Assembly (NCBI RefSeq): GCF_009914755.1
Contig: NC_060934.1
DNA from: the human T2T-CHM13v2.0 reference genome, Homo sapiens
Strand: one strand, 5' to 3'
Length of the DNA stretch: 64,000 nt
The position numbers and the translations under genes were made by a program. Under the pieces are notes generated by a model that was not told the DNA's origin, did not search any database, and was given only the letters and a program-made list of their open reading frames with translations. This document shows, one piece after another, positions 1 to 14,775 of this stretch (position 1 is its first letter; every line of letters begins with the position of its first letter).

Positions 1-730
1 ATGTGTTATTACTACAAATGGCCTGTTTCATATCTCAGGTTTAATTTAACAGTAATTATAATAAATTAAATTCCCCTATTGAAGTAAAAATCTTCAAAAA
101 AAAAAGTTTCTCTGTGAGGCATAATTGGCCAGTGATTAGATAGCGCCTCGGGGAACCCAGGAACAGCATCATGAAGGAAGCAGCTTTCAGTCTTCTATCT
201 CAGTGAGAGTTGCGCATGAGTCACAGAGTGGAACTTAGTCTCATTAACAGCAAAAAGCAATGATTGTAACACCCTTGAAAAGAAGGGGTGAGCCCTTCAG
301 GCTACAATCAACAGCTACTGGCAGAAGAAGTTCTTATGTGACTATATTATAAAATACATACTGCTTTTTAATTGGCAACAAGTCCTTTGCTGTGACCTGT
401 TGGAAAAAGCACTCTATATGGGAAGGGGAACAAAATTATCAGGAAAAACATTTAATCTCAGGAAATAACACATTCAAAAACGTTTACTTAAATAAATTAT
501 GTAACTATTTAAATACATGGCTATAAAAACACTTGAAAATCAGACTACATTTACATGTAGTGAGTTAATTCCAAAATTGCATATAATAATGCTGGCTTGT
601 AGGGTAATGGCAGAAGTGATTCGCTATTTTTTTTTTCTTTCCAAGTACCCTTTAGGCAGCTGGTTAAGTGCCACAGATGCTTCCCTCAACATGTTTTGTT
701 TGTTTGTTTGTTTTTTAATTTAAAGTTATT

Positions 731-820
731 GTTTTAGCTAGGGATCTCCAGAGAAACAAAACCGGTAAGAACCAATAGAATTTGTGTATATTGTACTATA
801 AGAAATTGGCTTACACAATT
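731..820 (-). mobile_element. MLT2-like (ERVL) LTR fragment
   Basis: gggatctccagagaaacaaaacc...gaaattggcttacacaatt resembles the reverse-complement end of MLT2 LTRs. Confidence 0.55.
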
Positions 821-1097
821 GCTATGATCTGAATGTTTTCGAAAAAATTGACACATTGAAAGTCAATCACCAATGCAATAGTATTAAGAGGCGAGGCCTG
901 TAGGAGGTGATTCAGCCATGAGGGCAGAGCCCTCATGGATGGGATTAGGGTACTTATAAAAAGGCTTAAGGGAGGAAGTTGCCTGTCTTCAGAGTGTTTG
1001 TTTTCTTTTGCCTTTTTCACCCCTTACGCTATGTGAGAATATAGCAAAAGGCCCCCACCAGACACTGAATGCTGTCACCATTATTTTGGACATCCAG
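820..1097 (+). mobile_element. MaLR LTR (MST/MLT1A-type), partial
   Basis: tgctatgatctgaatg start; ggaggtgattcagccatgagggcagagccctcatggatgggattag core typical of MST/MLT1A. Confidence 0.75.
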
Positions 1098-1699
1098 TGT
1101 ACTAAGAGCAACAGTGTTTGTTCTCCATCTTCCTCCTAGAGATTATCTTTTGTTCTGAAGCAGAGATAGGGAATAAGGGCCCAAGTGGAGTTTCATGTCC
1201 TTTGCCATGGAGGCTGCTGTTCTTTCTCAGATCAGCATCACAAGGGGTGCTTTCTGAAAATTATCTGTAGTCTTTTCTCTGAGCACATTGTTGAGTTCAT
1301 GAAGGACAACCCTGCAAAAAGGAGCAGACTTCACCATTTCTGTGGCCCCCAGAAGCTTTATACTCTTACAATAGTGCACACTTGGCTTTCATTACTTCAT
1401 CTATTCACTGGCTGTCCTCTTCCAGTAAAGTGTCCAGTTCAACTCCCCAAGGTAAGCCACCATTTGTTCTTTTCTAATCCTGTAGGCACCAGCCTCTTCT
1501 TAAATCTTGTGCCTCATGGTGGCTCTGCAACCACAACTTCCTGACAATTTTTTTTTTAAGTGAAAACATTCAATTTGTCGGGCTTTTTGTTGTTGTTGTC
1601 TTGTTGTTAAGGATAGGAAAGATTGTCTTTTTACATCTTGACATGGCTTAGTTCAATCTTGAATTATATATTTGCTTTAAGTGGTTATGGACAATTACC

Positions 1700-3739
<2,040 letters not shown>

Positions 3740-3755
3740 AAATAAATAAATGTAA

Positions 3756-4750
3756 TTTACAGTATTCAAAGAAAAAATGTAAATTTCCTTATATTCAGTA
3801 GAATAGATGCACAAAATATTTGGTAAAACTTAATACCTGCTGATAATAAATACACTAATACATCAAGCAAAAGAGGGCCAAAATAGTCTTCCTTACTTAC
3901 TCCAATAAATGATACCTACAAAAACTTAATAAAATAACTTTTAGTTGTGAAATAGTGCACATTTTTCTCTAACATTGGAAAAAAGATCAGAATATCTATT
4001 GAACATTCTCACAAAGTTTCCAGGTGATACAATAAAGCAAGCAAGTGAGAGAAGAAAGGAAAGGAAAGGAAAGGAAAGGAAAGGAAAGGAAAGGAAAGGA
4101 AAGGAAAGGAAAGGAAAGGAAAGAAAAGGAAAGGGAAAAAGGAAGAGGAGAGGGAGGGAAGAAAGGGAGGAAAGAAAAGGAAAGAAAGAAAATATGCTAC
4201 ATATAAGCTAAACATAATATGCCTTGTGTCCCAGAAATTTTATCTTGGGTAAATACTCAAAATAAATGAGTGTCTGTATCCAACAAAAGATGGTTTCAAG
4301 AATATAGATAGCCATATTATTCTTAACAGCCAAGCATTAGGGAAAAAACCTAAATGTCCACCAGTCATTGGTATTCTAAGGAAACACAGCACCACAAAGG
4401 GAACACAAAACTGCTGATCTTTGTAAGAAAATTCATTATCACAGGCATCATATAGAACGAAGGAAGTCAAATGCAAAATGAAAACACACTATATTGTTAA
4501 ATTAGTATGAATTTTTAGAACAGGAAATTTGAATCTGCTGTGATAGAGATCAAAATAGTAGCTGACTTTGTCATGTATTTAGACGTGGCAATGTCAATCG
4601 ATATGGAGTTCAGGGAAGCACGCTGTGGTGATGAATTCTTCCTATTTCCTGATCTGAAATGTGTTTACGCCAATACTTGCATATACTTTACACCGATATA
4701 TGCTGAAAATTTGTGCACTGATGTAAGTAATACTTTAATTGAGATTTTAA
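3756..4750 (+). mobile_element. Old L1M (L1ME-like) ORF2/3' remnant, continuation
   Basis: Resumes after the TSD with atagatgcacaaaa; L1ME-like 3' motifs (aaacctaaatgtccaccagt, tttagaacaggaaatttgaatc). Confidence 0.65.
4047..4192 (+). repeat. 146-bp pure purine tract including (AAAGG)13
   Basis: Perfect AAAGG units at 4055-4119, followed by a degenerate A/G tract. Confidence 0.95.
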
Positions 4751-4754
4751 AAGA

Positions 4755-4893
4755 GAGAAGTACCTAATGTAGATGACGGTTTGATGTGTTCAGCAAACCA
4801 CCATGGTATGTGTATAACTATGTAAAAAAACCTGCATGTTCTGCACATGTATCCCAGAACTTAAAGTATAATAAAAATAAATAAAATAAATAA
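4755..4893 (+). mobile_element. Short L1PA7/8-like 3' end with A-rich tail
   Basis: tacctaatgtagatgacgg...cagcaaaccaccatgg...gtatcccagaacttaaagtataataaaa. Confidence 0.85.
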
Positions 4894-5488
4894 ACCTTAA
4901 AAATAAGTCTTATTTATAAATTATTGTTTTGATCCTGAGACTTCTTGAAGCAAAGTGATCTAGTGAAAAGGAAATTATTATATACTTAAATTTTGAAAAA
5001 TATGACAAATACAACAGGCATTAATGAAGTTTATTGGGAAAGACCAGAAGGAAAAGTTAATATTAAACTCACTATGCCCCCAAACTTACAAATGTCTTAC
5101 ATGAAGATTCAACTAAAAACAGGTGTGATCAATCTATAATGCAGTGTACTACAGAACAGTAATTTCTTTGAAAGGGCCACACCCAGTTAAGAACAAGACA
5201 AAAAGACTCAGCAGAAATTGTCAAATCCAAAATTGTGATGTAATATTAGACTTAAAGTCAACCTGTATATAATTCAAGGGAATATAACTTACGTTATACT
5301 TCCTTTAACCTCTCCTATTGGCTATCAAAATCACTTGAAATCTCAAATTATGACCTTACTTGAAAAGGGTTCAGTCCATCAAACACATACTTAACCAAGC
5401 ACCTGCAGTTAACCAAGCATTGTGTTGGGTGTGTAATGAAGAAATAAAGGGCTTATTCTATCCTTAAAGGAAAACCCAGTCTAATATT

Positions 5489-5956
5489 GACAGACTTTCT
5501 CCTTGGCTAAATTTTAAACAGGCTCCTTTGAGTGCTCTTTTAGGATAAACTTGGACATTGTCTTTCTTTGTCTTTAGCCTGTGTAGCCCAGTCTTAGCAA
5601 GAAACCTGCAAAGTCAGTTTATTCAGTCTTCCACCTTTGATATCTGACCACCCTCAATATCTGCTCGAATTTCTCATCCCCTACTTTTGCTGTCACCCTG
5701 GCCTGCCTTCAGCAAGATTCCTGCTAAGTTAACTTAGTAAGAATATGCCTACCTTTGATATCTGCTTTTAGTAATTTTCTATCAACTCACCTCTTCATTC
5801 TGCTCATTGAATATACATCCCCAGCAATCTTTGCTGTATTCAAAGTTGAGCCCATTCTCCCTCTTATTGCAATAGTATTGAATAAAGTCTTGCTTATCAT
5901 TTTAACAAGTATGTCTTGCTTATCATTTTAACAAGTATCAGAATATTTTTTAATAA
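5489..5956 (+). mobile_element. ERV1 solo LTR, MER31-like
   Basis: tgacagactttctccttggctaaattttaaacaggctcc start; repeated ttagcaagaa/tttgatatctg modules; AATAAA at 5881. Confidence 0.65.
5887..5938. repeat. Perfect 26-bp tandem duplication
   Basis: gtcttgcttatcattttaacaagtat x2. Confidence 0.95.
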
Positions 5957-5959
5957 TAG

Positions 5960-6790
5960 AAAAGCCAGATTTACACAAAAGTATAATAAAATATTATAAG
6001 AATTATAATAATATCATGCATAATGATACAATTTAATAAAAGACAGGGTAACACGTAAGGAATAAAAAAAAAATCTAAGAGTGAATGTAATGTTTACCTC
6101 TGTTTGGTGGGTGTTGGTATAGCACAGAGGAAGTAATGTCTGAACAAATTTTGATTGATAAAATGCATTTGCCAGATAAAAGAAGAGAAAAAAAATCTAG
6201 AAAAAAGCAATTATGTTACAGAGGCATAGATAAATATGGAGCATTCTTGGAACTAAAAATAGTTCATTATCAATTAAGTGTTAATGCCATCATGGAAAAC
6301 TAGATTAGGCATCATCCAGAGGAACATGGACTATGATTTACAAATGAAAGCAGATTTTTAGGGATATCAAGTAGGGAATGAAGTAATAGGATCATATTTT
6401 AATGTTTGGTAAATTTTTCTAGAAACTTTATTGACAATTATTTGAGTGGATAATATAGGAGACTGTAGATAACTTCCTATGGGAAGTTTTCAGAAAAATA
6501 TAACTATAAATATTACTAAATAACAATTTATTATAACTATGGAAATGGAGATGAAAAGTAATGAATTTATAACAGAAATTTAGAAATTAATATAAATAAT
6601 ATTTGTTCATTTAATTAGCTTTTGAAGCAGGGGGCAAAGATTTGGGAAAAGGCAAGGGACACCAATGACTCCCAAATTGTGAGGTTCATGATGCCATCAA
6701 CCAAATGGACAAGTATGGATTTTTTAAATGCATGTTTCAAAAAGGTAGTGAATGGCTATGGAAAATTTAGGTGGACATTCTACATAAGTA
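5960..6790 (-). mobile_element. L2 remnant (also ~5370-5485 before the LTR)
   Basis: Decayed L2-like purine-rich motifs; aatgactcccaaattg...tgatgccatcaaccaaatgg. Confidence 0.45.
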
Positions 6791-6849
6791 AAAATCTTTA
6801 ATGGTGATAATGATGATCATCATGGTGACTACGATCATGATACCACTGG

Positions 6850-7090
6850 ATTGTTTAACATTTGTCACTTCCAAGCTTGTGTTAAATGCTTTACATACAT
6901 TAGCCTATTGTAATTAATTAATTCTTACATTATTTAATACATTAATTGAATTAGTTTATTCAAATCTATTATTTCCATTTTGAAAGGTGGAAACTGAGGC
7001 ATAGGAAAATTAAGTAACTTGACAAAAGCTACAAAACTAGTAAGACACAAAATCTGAGTTAAAAAAATCTTAATTTCATGCACTAAATCA
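6850..7090 (-). mobile_element. MIR
   Basis: MIR core tattatttccattttgaaaggtggaaactgaggcataggaaaattaagtaacttg. Confidence 0.75.
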
Positions 7091-10000
7091 TGAAGCTTCA
7101 GAAACACAAGAGAAGACTCAGGATCATGAAAAGAGAGTAGTCATAAGATGATAAATCATGTCAAGATAAATTATCTGATTGGGAAAAATATAACATCAGA
7201 GTAATCTTGCCTAAAACCAGGTCACCTAAACTAGAACTGACCTTACACTTCTTTTACATTTAGATACATTTTTATCAAGTCTGAAAACCTCAATACTTCT
7301 TAAATGTACAACCTCAGACAACTCACTTCTTCGCATTGCTTCTTTTATTTTCATGCCTGAAATGAGTTAGTTTGATATGCTGATTATTGAACTTCCTCTT
7401 AAATCTTAAATTTCCAGAATTCAGAATAAGCTTGCACAAATATTCTTACCCTAAATTAATTTGAAAGTTCATGGATAATCTCACAGGGAAACGTGGAATA
7501 ATAATGACTGAATATGCAAAAATATTTTTTGCTCTAAGTTCAGAAATACTCTTTTAAGGAAGCATGAAATAAATATGTTCTTCATTCTTAATATATCTAT
7601 GTATTAAATGGTAACTTATCACAATGATCCAATTAAAAGCTAATTTTCCCCACATGCACCTGTATTTGTGACAGTTTTTATCATAATTACTCTTAATAAT
7701 TTCATAGTGAACAAACATGAGTTGAAATTTGGTTAACAATTATGCAATACCATTTCATTTAATTTGGCTATTTCAAGCCAAATTTAAAATCATCTCTATT
7801 AGCACAAGTCGTGTTTTGATGGATTCTTCTAGGGGACTGTACTGAATTTGTTAGTTCAGGAACTCAGCAATAGACTGTTCTATGTAATCTAGTTAAGGTA
7901 CTTATCTTACAAGAGCAGCAGCAATTTGACCAGTGGAGGTAAATTACATAACTGAGAATGACTAAGCTATGTCAGTCAGCTCCTAAGAACACCTGGCTAC
8001 TAGAAAATCTCAGTGTTACTGCTGTCAATTCTAAGACAGCAGTTAACAATTCTAAAAGGTTTACCCAAAAGAATCATTTTTAAAATTTACTTATTTCAGA
8101 TTAAATCAAAGGGGTTCTTTAAAGAAGAGTTGCCTATTTATTAACAATAAAGATAAAGAATGATTCTCTTACCCCATTGTTTGCTTTATGTTTTTTTTTA
8201 ATAATTCCCCTATGGCAATACAATGTTGTTCACTTTAAGAAATTAACATAAAAATTTATATTTGAATTTCAGCTCTGTGTCTGATTTGAAGCAGGCACTT
8301 TTTGTCTTCCTTTCGTAACTTTTGTAATATGAAGAAATTCATGCTGCTTGCATCAATACATGAATCTATATTGTACCAACATCCAATGTCCTTATATATA
8401 TGCCATGTAATTTTCAAAAGTTAATATTTTTTCTAGGAAAAAAAAACCCACTATCTGTTATGTGGATCGGGTACTTTGAGTGGTTATTAAAAAACAAAGA
8501 AAGTTATATATCCTATTTCAACTGACAGATCAAGGTATAATTTTCAGTCAAATGGCTCAACATATAAAATAAAGGTTTTCATGGAATGTTAGGACTACAT
8601 AGATTCTCAACTCTCACTTATACCAAACTTCAATTTTTGGTACTTAGAAACTTAGGCCAGGAAAAGAGAAATAAGCAGCCCACAGTGAAACAGAAAAGTA
8701 ATGGCAGAACTGAGACTCAAAATCAAGTTTCTGCCTTCCAAACCCGGTGCTCATTTCGATTGTACTCTACTTCTCCAAAATATATGGCTAGTACCAAAAT
8801 TTGGATGAGAATAACTTAGCAGAATTTCTAATTTTGGTATTATTGGGTCAAGATTGTTCTGAAAACAGAATGTGTTTATTCACGTTCACTACTTGGCCAA
8901 TTTAACTATGTATTATGCCACTTACGTATCCCTTAGTTTGCTTCTCACCTTATTTTTTGGCCACTATTTCAATAAAACTAGAAGCGATTTTACACAAACT
9001 GGGAGGAAAATCATTGGAAGACCTTGTTGGTCACCAAGGCAACGTATACTGTAGCATCTCTCCTGAGTTCCAGTAGTGAACTCTTATTCAGCCAAAAGCA
9101 AATGTTTGAACATTGGACATCAGCTTCAGCTGATCCCCCATTCCTTGGGTTCAGGCATCACTAGAGCATTTGTTTAACTGTTATATGTGCATGAACACTA
9201 AGGAGTCTTCTGAGAAATCATTAAAGCTCAGGGAAGAATACATCTTATTTGATTAAATGGGAAAGTTTTAGTCATCAGGGAAGAGAGTGCTTTTTGAGTA
9301 CAGTTTTGTTTTTTTCACTAATATTTGTCTCCCAGAATAGGCTAGCCCCTAATGGATTCATGTCTTGGTTCTACAAACCACAGGAAATCAGTAGATAAAA
9401 ATGAAAAGAGCTGGTTCACTGAAAATTCTGCAAAATGTTAAAAAAGCCATAAGGTGAAGGTGATTATTGAATAATATTAAGTAAAGCAAAATGAATGCTA
9501 GGATTCACTTTGTGATGAGCAATCATTGAGTTTTTCATCCAGAGAACATACTGCCTCCACTTTGTGAGATGATGTTGCTGTCCAGAGAACAAAGAAGTAA
9601 CCAGTGAACTTTGGGCAGGAAACAATGTGAAGTCACAATTACTCAGCAGGATGAGAATTGTTTGTAAGGATGTGAGGACCCTCAGAAAATAGTTAAGGAT
9701 ATCCAAGAAATACAAAAGATATGGAGATAATCCTACGGTGGACTGAAACCTCGCATGAAAAAGTATTTGTTTGATGAATTAAATTATTACTAAAAAATGT
9801 GACCCCTTAAGCTGGAAAGATAAAGAGAAAACAGGTTTCATTTGCAAACATTATGGATACAACAATTTTCCTATCTTCTAAAATCTAAAAGGACTCGATG
9901 AATCTTACATTAGGTGTCCTCATCCAAATCATTTGGTACCGTAAGTAAACAGGTGCACCTACAAATTAAATAGCCGAAAGGAAGAGGTGTAAAGAAAGAA

Positions 10001-10920
10001 AATTCCTTTGGAATCTACAAACATTTTTACTTTAATCTTGGGACTGAAAGCTCATTACATTGCCATATGGGAGACAAGCTATCCAACAATATATTCACAC
10101 ATATAGATTCTGACATCATGTTAAACTTTGCACTCTCATTCACAACAGCTTATAAAAATAAGAGATGTATAATACAGAGTTTCCATCGCCTCCAAATAAA
10201 AATTATTTTATAAATGTATGTCTCAGTTGATACCTTGGCTTTTTGACCCCACCTTTTATGCTTTCTTGCTTTGAAGATCTAGTAGAGTAACCTGGTGAAA
10301 AATACGTATATATTACTGTATTTCTGAAATCTTACAGGCAATGTTGAGTGAAAGCAGCAATACCTAACAAGATATCCCATTCAAATATGTTTTAATTTTA
10401 TATAACACTTTTAAAAGGAAAAACTAAAATTTATTTTTACAATATTTACAAAATTACTGAAACTATAAAGAAAAGCAAATTTAATAGAGTGGCTATCTAT
10501 GGTAGGAAAGAGGGTACTTACCATGGGTAGAAGCTTATAAAATGTTGGAAAGGTCATTTTTCTTGACCACTATAATTATTCGTTAAATGGAATATGTTTT
10601 TATATGCTTTCCTGTATATGTGCTTTATTTCATAATAAAAATAGCTAAGAAATATTTACCCTTCATTTTCTCTAGCATAATAAAATATTTTTGATTCTGA
10701 TAGAGACAGTATCCTATAAATAGACAACAGATCTTACAAGATGCTGAAATTGAATACTGTTCTTGGCAAAGTTTGTCCATTCTCTTGTTTGTTGCTTTTG
10801 TGTTTGTATAATAATACGAAGAATTACTATTTTAAAAAAATTACCTAATAACTACTCATGTCAAAATATCTTAGGGAGATTTTCATAAAATACTCCTTAA
10901 ATTTTAAAAATCACAATACT

Positions 10921-11149
10921 GGTCAGGAAATCGAGACCATCCTGGCTAAGATGGTGAAACCCTGTCTCTACTAAAAATACAAAGAATTAGCCGGGCATGG
11001 TGGCGGGTGCCTGTAGTCCCAGCTACTCGGGAGGCTGAGGCAGGAAAACGGCGTGAACCCAGGAGGCGGAGGTTGCAGTGAGCCGAAAGCCGAGATCGCG
11101 CCACTGCACTCCAGCCTGGGTGACAGAGGGAGACTGTCAAAAAAAAAAA
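10921..11149 (+). mobile_element. 5'-truncated AluY/AluSc-type element
   Basis: Starts ggtcaggaaatcgagaccatcctggctaa; A-tail; 15-bp TSD aaaaatcacaatact at 10906-10920 and 11150-11164. Confidence 0.93.
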
Positions 11150-11765
11150 AAAAATCACAATACTACTGCTGTAATCACTGCCAATGGCAACAGGACTGAT
11201 TTGGGCTGAAACAAATCTTAGATATGGGCTCCAAGGTGCACTTTATGTGTGTCACCTTCATTTCAGTGGAAATCTCAATGTTCTCGTCAATGTCTAAATT
11301 ATTAAAGCATTCCTCAGAGATGGGCTGATAGGGTTTCCCTAGTGTCTAACTACCTAATATTTCAAATCAGTTGCTATGATATTGGACCCTGCTTCTTCTT
11401 CCTTGGCAGGCTTTGACTCTCTTCTGTCAGTCAGATTTGAGTTTAATTAATTCTCTGGACAGTCCATCTGTCATAGATTCCTCTCTGGAAAGCAACATCT
11501 CTGCCTGGAGGTAGGAATCCCGTCAAAGGAGCAATAAAGGCAGCCTACCTGTATAATTTACTATCATAAAAAGGGATACTTATCCAAGACAGTATGACAG
11601 ACAACTTCTGTCTTCTCAAGAGTCACCCAACCTTTTTGACTCTCCCAATAAATGATAGAAAATGGCTTTCCTACCCCTAAGGCTACATGTCCTCCCCACA
11701 CTAATGCCAGTAACCAGCAATTCTTCATTCTCAGGTACGCAACGAAGGTCCGAACTGTGATGTTC

Positions 11766-11781
11766 AGATAAGCTGAGTCAC
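11766..11781 (+). promoter_or_regulatory. Adjacent GATA and AP-1/NF-E2(ARE) motifs
   Basis: AGATAA immediately followed by GCTGAGTCAC; motif match only. Confidence 0.35.
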
Positions 11782-11869
11782 AGAGTTCAAACAAGGCCAC
11801 AGAGTACGCCATGTGAATGTGTGCAGAAACATTTTATAAAAAATAATACATAGGATGAGAGAATAGCTA

Positions 11870-12030
11870 TTGCTCACAGACTTAGGATTGAATTCTGGCC
11901 CTGCCACTTACTAGCTGTTTTGTTCAGAGCACCTACCTCTTGGGACATGTACATATATATTGCATATAAAGGGGTGAGCATAGAGCATTGCCTGTAACAA
12001 ATAGTCAATGACTGTAAAGTAATATGCTAT
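11870..12030 (+). mobile_element. MIR
   Basis: agacttaggattgaattctggccctgccacttactagctg. Confidence 0.65.
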
Positions 12031-13156
12031 TCTTACTGCCACACCTGTAATTTTAAATCTTATGCAAATTATGAGCAATAATTTCCATTTTTATAAAAAC
12101 TCACATATAATATTATAAATAAAGCCCAAAACCATATGAAATGTTAATTTCAATTAGGCAGACTAGCAAACTCTAAAGAAAATAAAGTCTTCATTGTGTC
12201 CAAATGGACCTGGGTAATCTTCTTTCCCCATTTATCATCACTCTCTTAGACTCACTAACTTTCTAACAAATTCAAGCCCCTCGAAATGTCTGTTACTCCC
12301 ATAACTGCACTCCAAGAGGAAATAATTCTTTGTACCTTGCACAAGCTCTTAATCCAAATTCTCCCACCCTGTGTCTAATTCCTTCAGATCACACTCTTAG
12401 CTAGGATTTATTTATTACTTTAACCAGCTTGTCCACCACGTGGGTCCTGTGGGTCTGTACATTTTTTTCAATAACCTTTCTAAGTAACCTATATTTTAAC
12501 AGCAATGAATAATACTGCATATGGCAAAAACAAAACAAAAACCCTCATGTAAATCAAACTGTTCACATACATTTAAATATTAGGCTATTAGTGAACAAAA
12601 GAGAAAAAAAGAAATAGAGCCAGTTTGCCACGAAAGGAGAATAACAAATAAACAAAAGCAAATGATTATTCTTGCCACATTATACAGGGTCTGGAGAGAA
12701 AAGAAAATAAAAGATAATTGCTCAGAATAATTGGCCATTAAGTTTTCATTGCTAGCAAATTTTAGTTTAATCATTCTGGAGGAAAAACAAATATGTAGGA
12801 TGATAAGTATTTTACATTCAAAAGACCTTTATTACTCTTTTCAAAAGATTTTATGCAATTAAAGAAATTTCAGTCAAAATAACAGGAGATTTGATAGTTT
12901 AGACTCTTTGGAAATGCCTGTCAAAAGATTCCTGATGTTTTCTGAGAGAAGAGAATTATGAAATGAACAAGTCTATCTATTCACCAAAACTAAGAAGATG
13001 GCATTATTAGTATTAGAAGCTAGTTTTGGTGTCACAGAGTAAATCTATGGTATTTACTCAACTGTCATGACAAATCAAGGGCTTAAGAACTGACAAAGTA
13101 GCTCAGATCTAGAGAAAAATGAAACTTTCAAAGACAACTAGTATAAGCAGTCATTA

Positions 13157-13924
13157 TATTGCAGTAGGTAGTCAGGCAGACATGAGCAGTGCAGGAGAGA
13201 GCCCCTCTCTGCCCCTCAACCGACCAGGAATGTCAGGCAACCGTAGGTTTGTGTGATATCAGTTTCCATTGATGATCATTGCCTAGTTTCACTATGTGAT
13301 TAGGTTAGACAGCTGTTAAAACTGTCTCTCTAAAATAATAATTGGTCTCAGCCAGCGCCAGGGGAAGGCAGTCTCCCAGTAGATTGAAACACCTAAAGTT
13401 GGTGATCAGCAGCTTTTTGAGAAGATCTCAGGAGTTGGGTGAGTGGGCTCAAGCATGCACACTAAGAGGTAAAATGGTAGAGTTTAACTAGTATATGACC
13501 TTCTCTAGAAACACTCAAGTGGTAAGGGAAGAACGCCTGAAGTGAGCATGTGCACTATTTCGATAAACACACTGTTCATGCGGCCCCTTTCAAGTGCTGG
13601 CAGACCACTGCTCTTCTGGACAGCCCACCACAAGGGAAGAGTCAGGGGACAAGTAACACAACAAGGAAGCATGCCAAGATTTAAGACCCGAAGTCAAAGA
13701 TCAAAACAAACACTTGATCTCTCAAGTAGTCTGCTTGGCCTTCTTCCAAGTGTACTTTATATTTCCTTTCACTCCTGACCTAAATTTTTTAATAAACTTT
13801 AACTCCTGCTCAAAAAATTGCCTTGCTCTCTTGTTCTGCTTTACGGCCCTCAGTCAAATTCTTTCTTCTGAGGAGACAAGAATTGAAGTTGCTGCAGACC
13901 CGTACAGATTCACTGCCATTAACA
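13157..13924 (+). mobile_element. MER50 solo LTR (ERV1)
   Basis: gtaggtagtcaggcagacatgagcag start; AATAAA at 13791; ends gctgcagacccgtacagattcactgccattaaca; 4-bp TSD atta at 13153-13156 and 13925-13928. Confidence 0.85.
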
Positions 13925-14449
13925 ATTATAATGTCAGTGTAACTAGTAATTATAATGATTAGTTAATATAATATAAAAATGACACAGTTAGGTCAAAACA
14001 AAGACAGAAATTGAACAGATATAAAAGTGGCAAGAAGCAGTTAGGGCTAACGCAATTAATCTGATGGGCTCACAATCTGAAACCAGTCTGTGACAGCTGG
14101 AAATTTGGCTTCTACTGACAACAGGGGCTAAAAGTACTCCTTAGGACAGACTTGCGCACTAGCTAAACCCAGGAAACAAGGTGAAGTACTTCTATTCCTG
14201 GAAGTTTCCTGAAATCCGATCTCTGCTTTAAACTATAACCAAAGACCCATGGAAAATAAACACTCAGCTTTGTTAACAGAATTAAATCAAGCTACCAACT
14301 AGAATTGTGACTGGAACTGTAGTATTGCCAATATAATCTAAAAGCACCATTTTAAAAATTGCTTTAAAAGATCTGATTCTGAATTGGGACTTGGAAAGAA
14401 TGGCAAAACTATTAAAGAGGAGGAAAAATTAGAAACAGAGAAAATGATT

Positions 14450-14775
14450 TCATATCCTGACAAAGCTGACAACTCTTTGGAAGTATTCTGACCTGAAATA
14501 CATAATCTCAATCTGTTTGTGGGAAAATATTAGACAGACTCCAAATAGAACATATTCTTCAAGTATATCAGCATAATAGAGGCAGGGATGGCTGTGAACT
14601 TTCCCAGATTAAAATAAACACAGAAGACATAACAATTGAATGCAAGAGCTCGTGTACTAGAGGGAAGCAAACACCATGAAGAACATTATTAAGTCAGAGA
14701 GCAAAACTGAAATATGAATGCCATATTAAATAAAAATTTTGTATCACTTTTAAATTTAGTAAAATTGGGATCATT
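14450..14775 (+). mobile_element. L1MC-like 3' fragment
   Basis: ttcccagattaaaataaacacagaagacataacaattgaatgcaa motif. Confidence 0.55.

Noticed and set aside
138-190. REST/RE1-like half sites (agatagcgcc; cagcatcatg)
   Set aside because: The halves are in the wrong order and mismatched.
3975-4215. KGKER-repeat ORF
   Set aside because: Translation of the (AAAGG)n microsatellite.
13255-13300. C/D-box snoRNA in the MER50 insert
   Set aside because: No properly placed C and D boxes or terminal stem.
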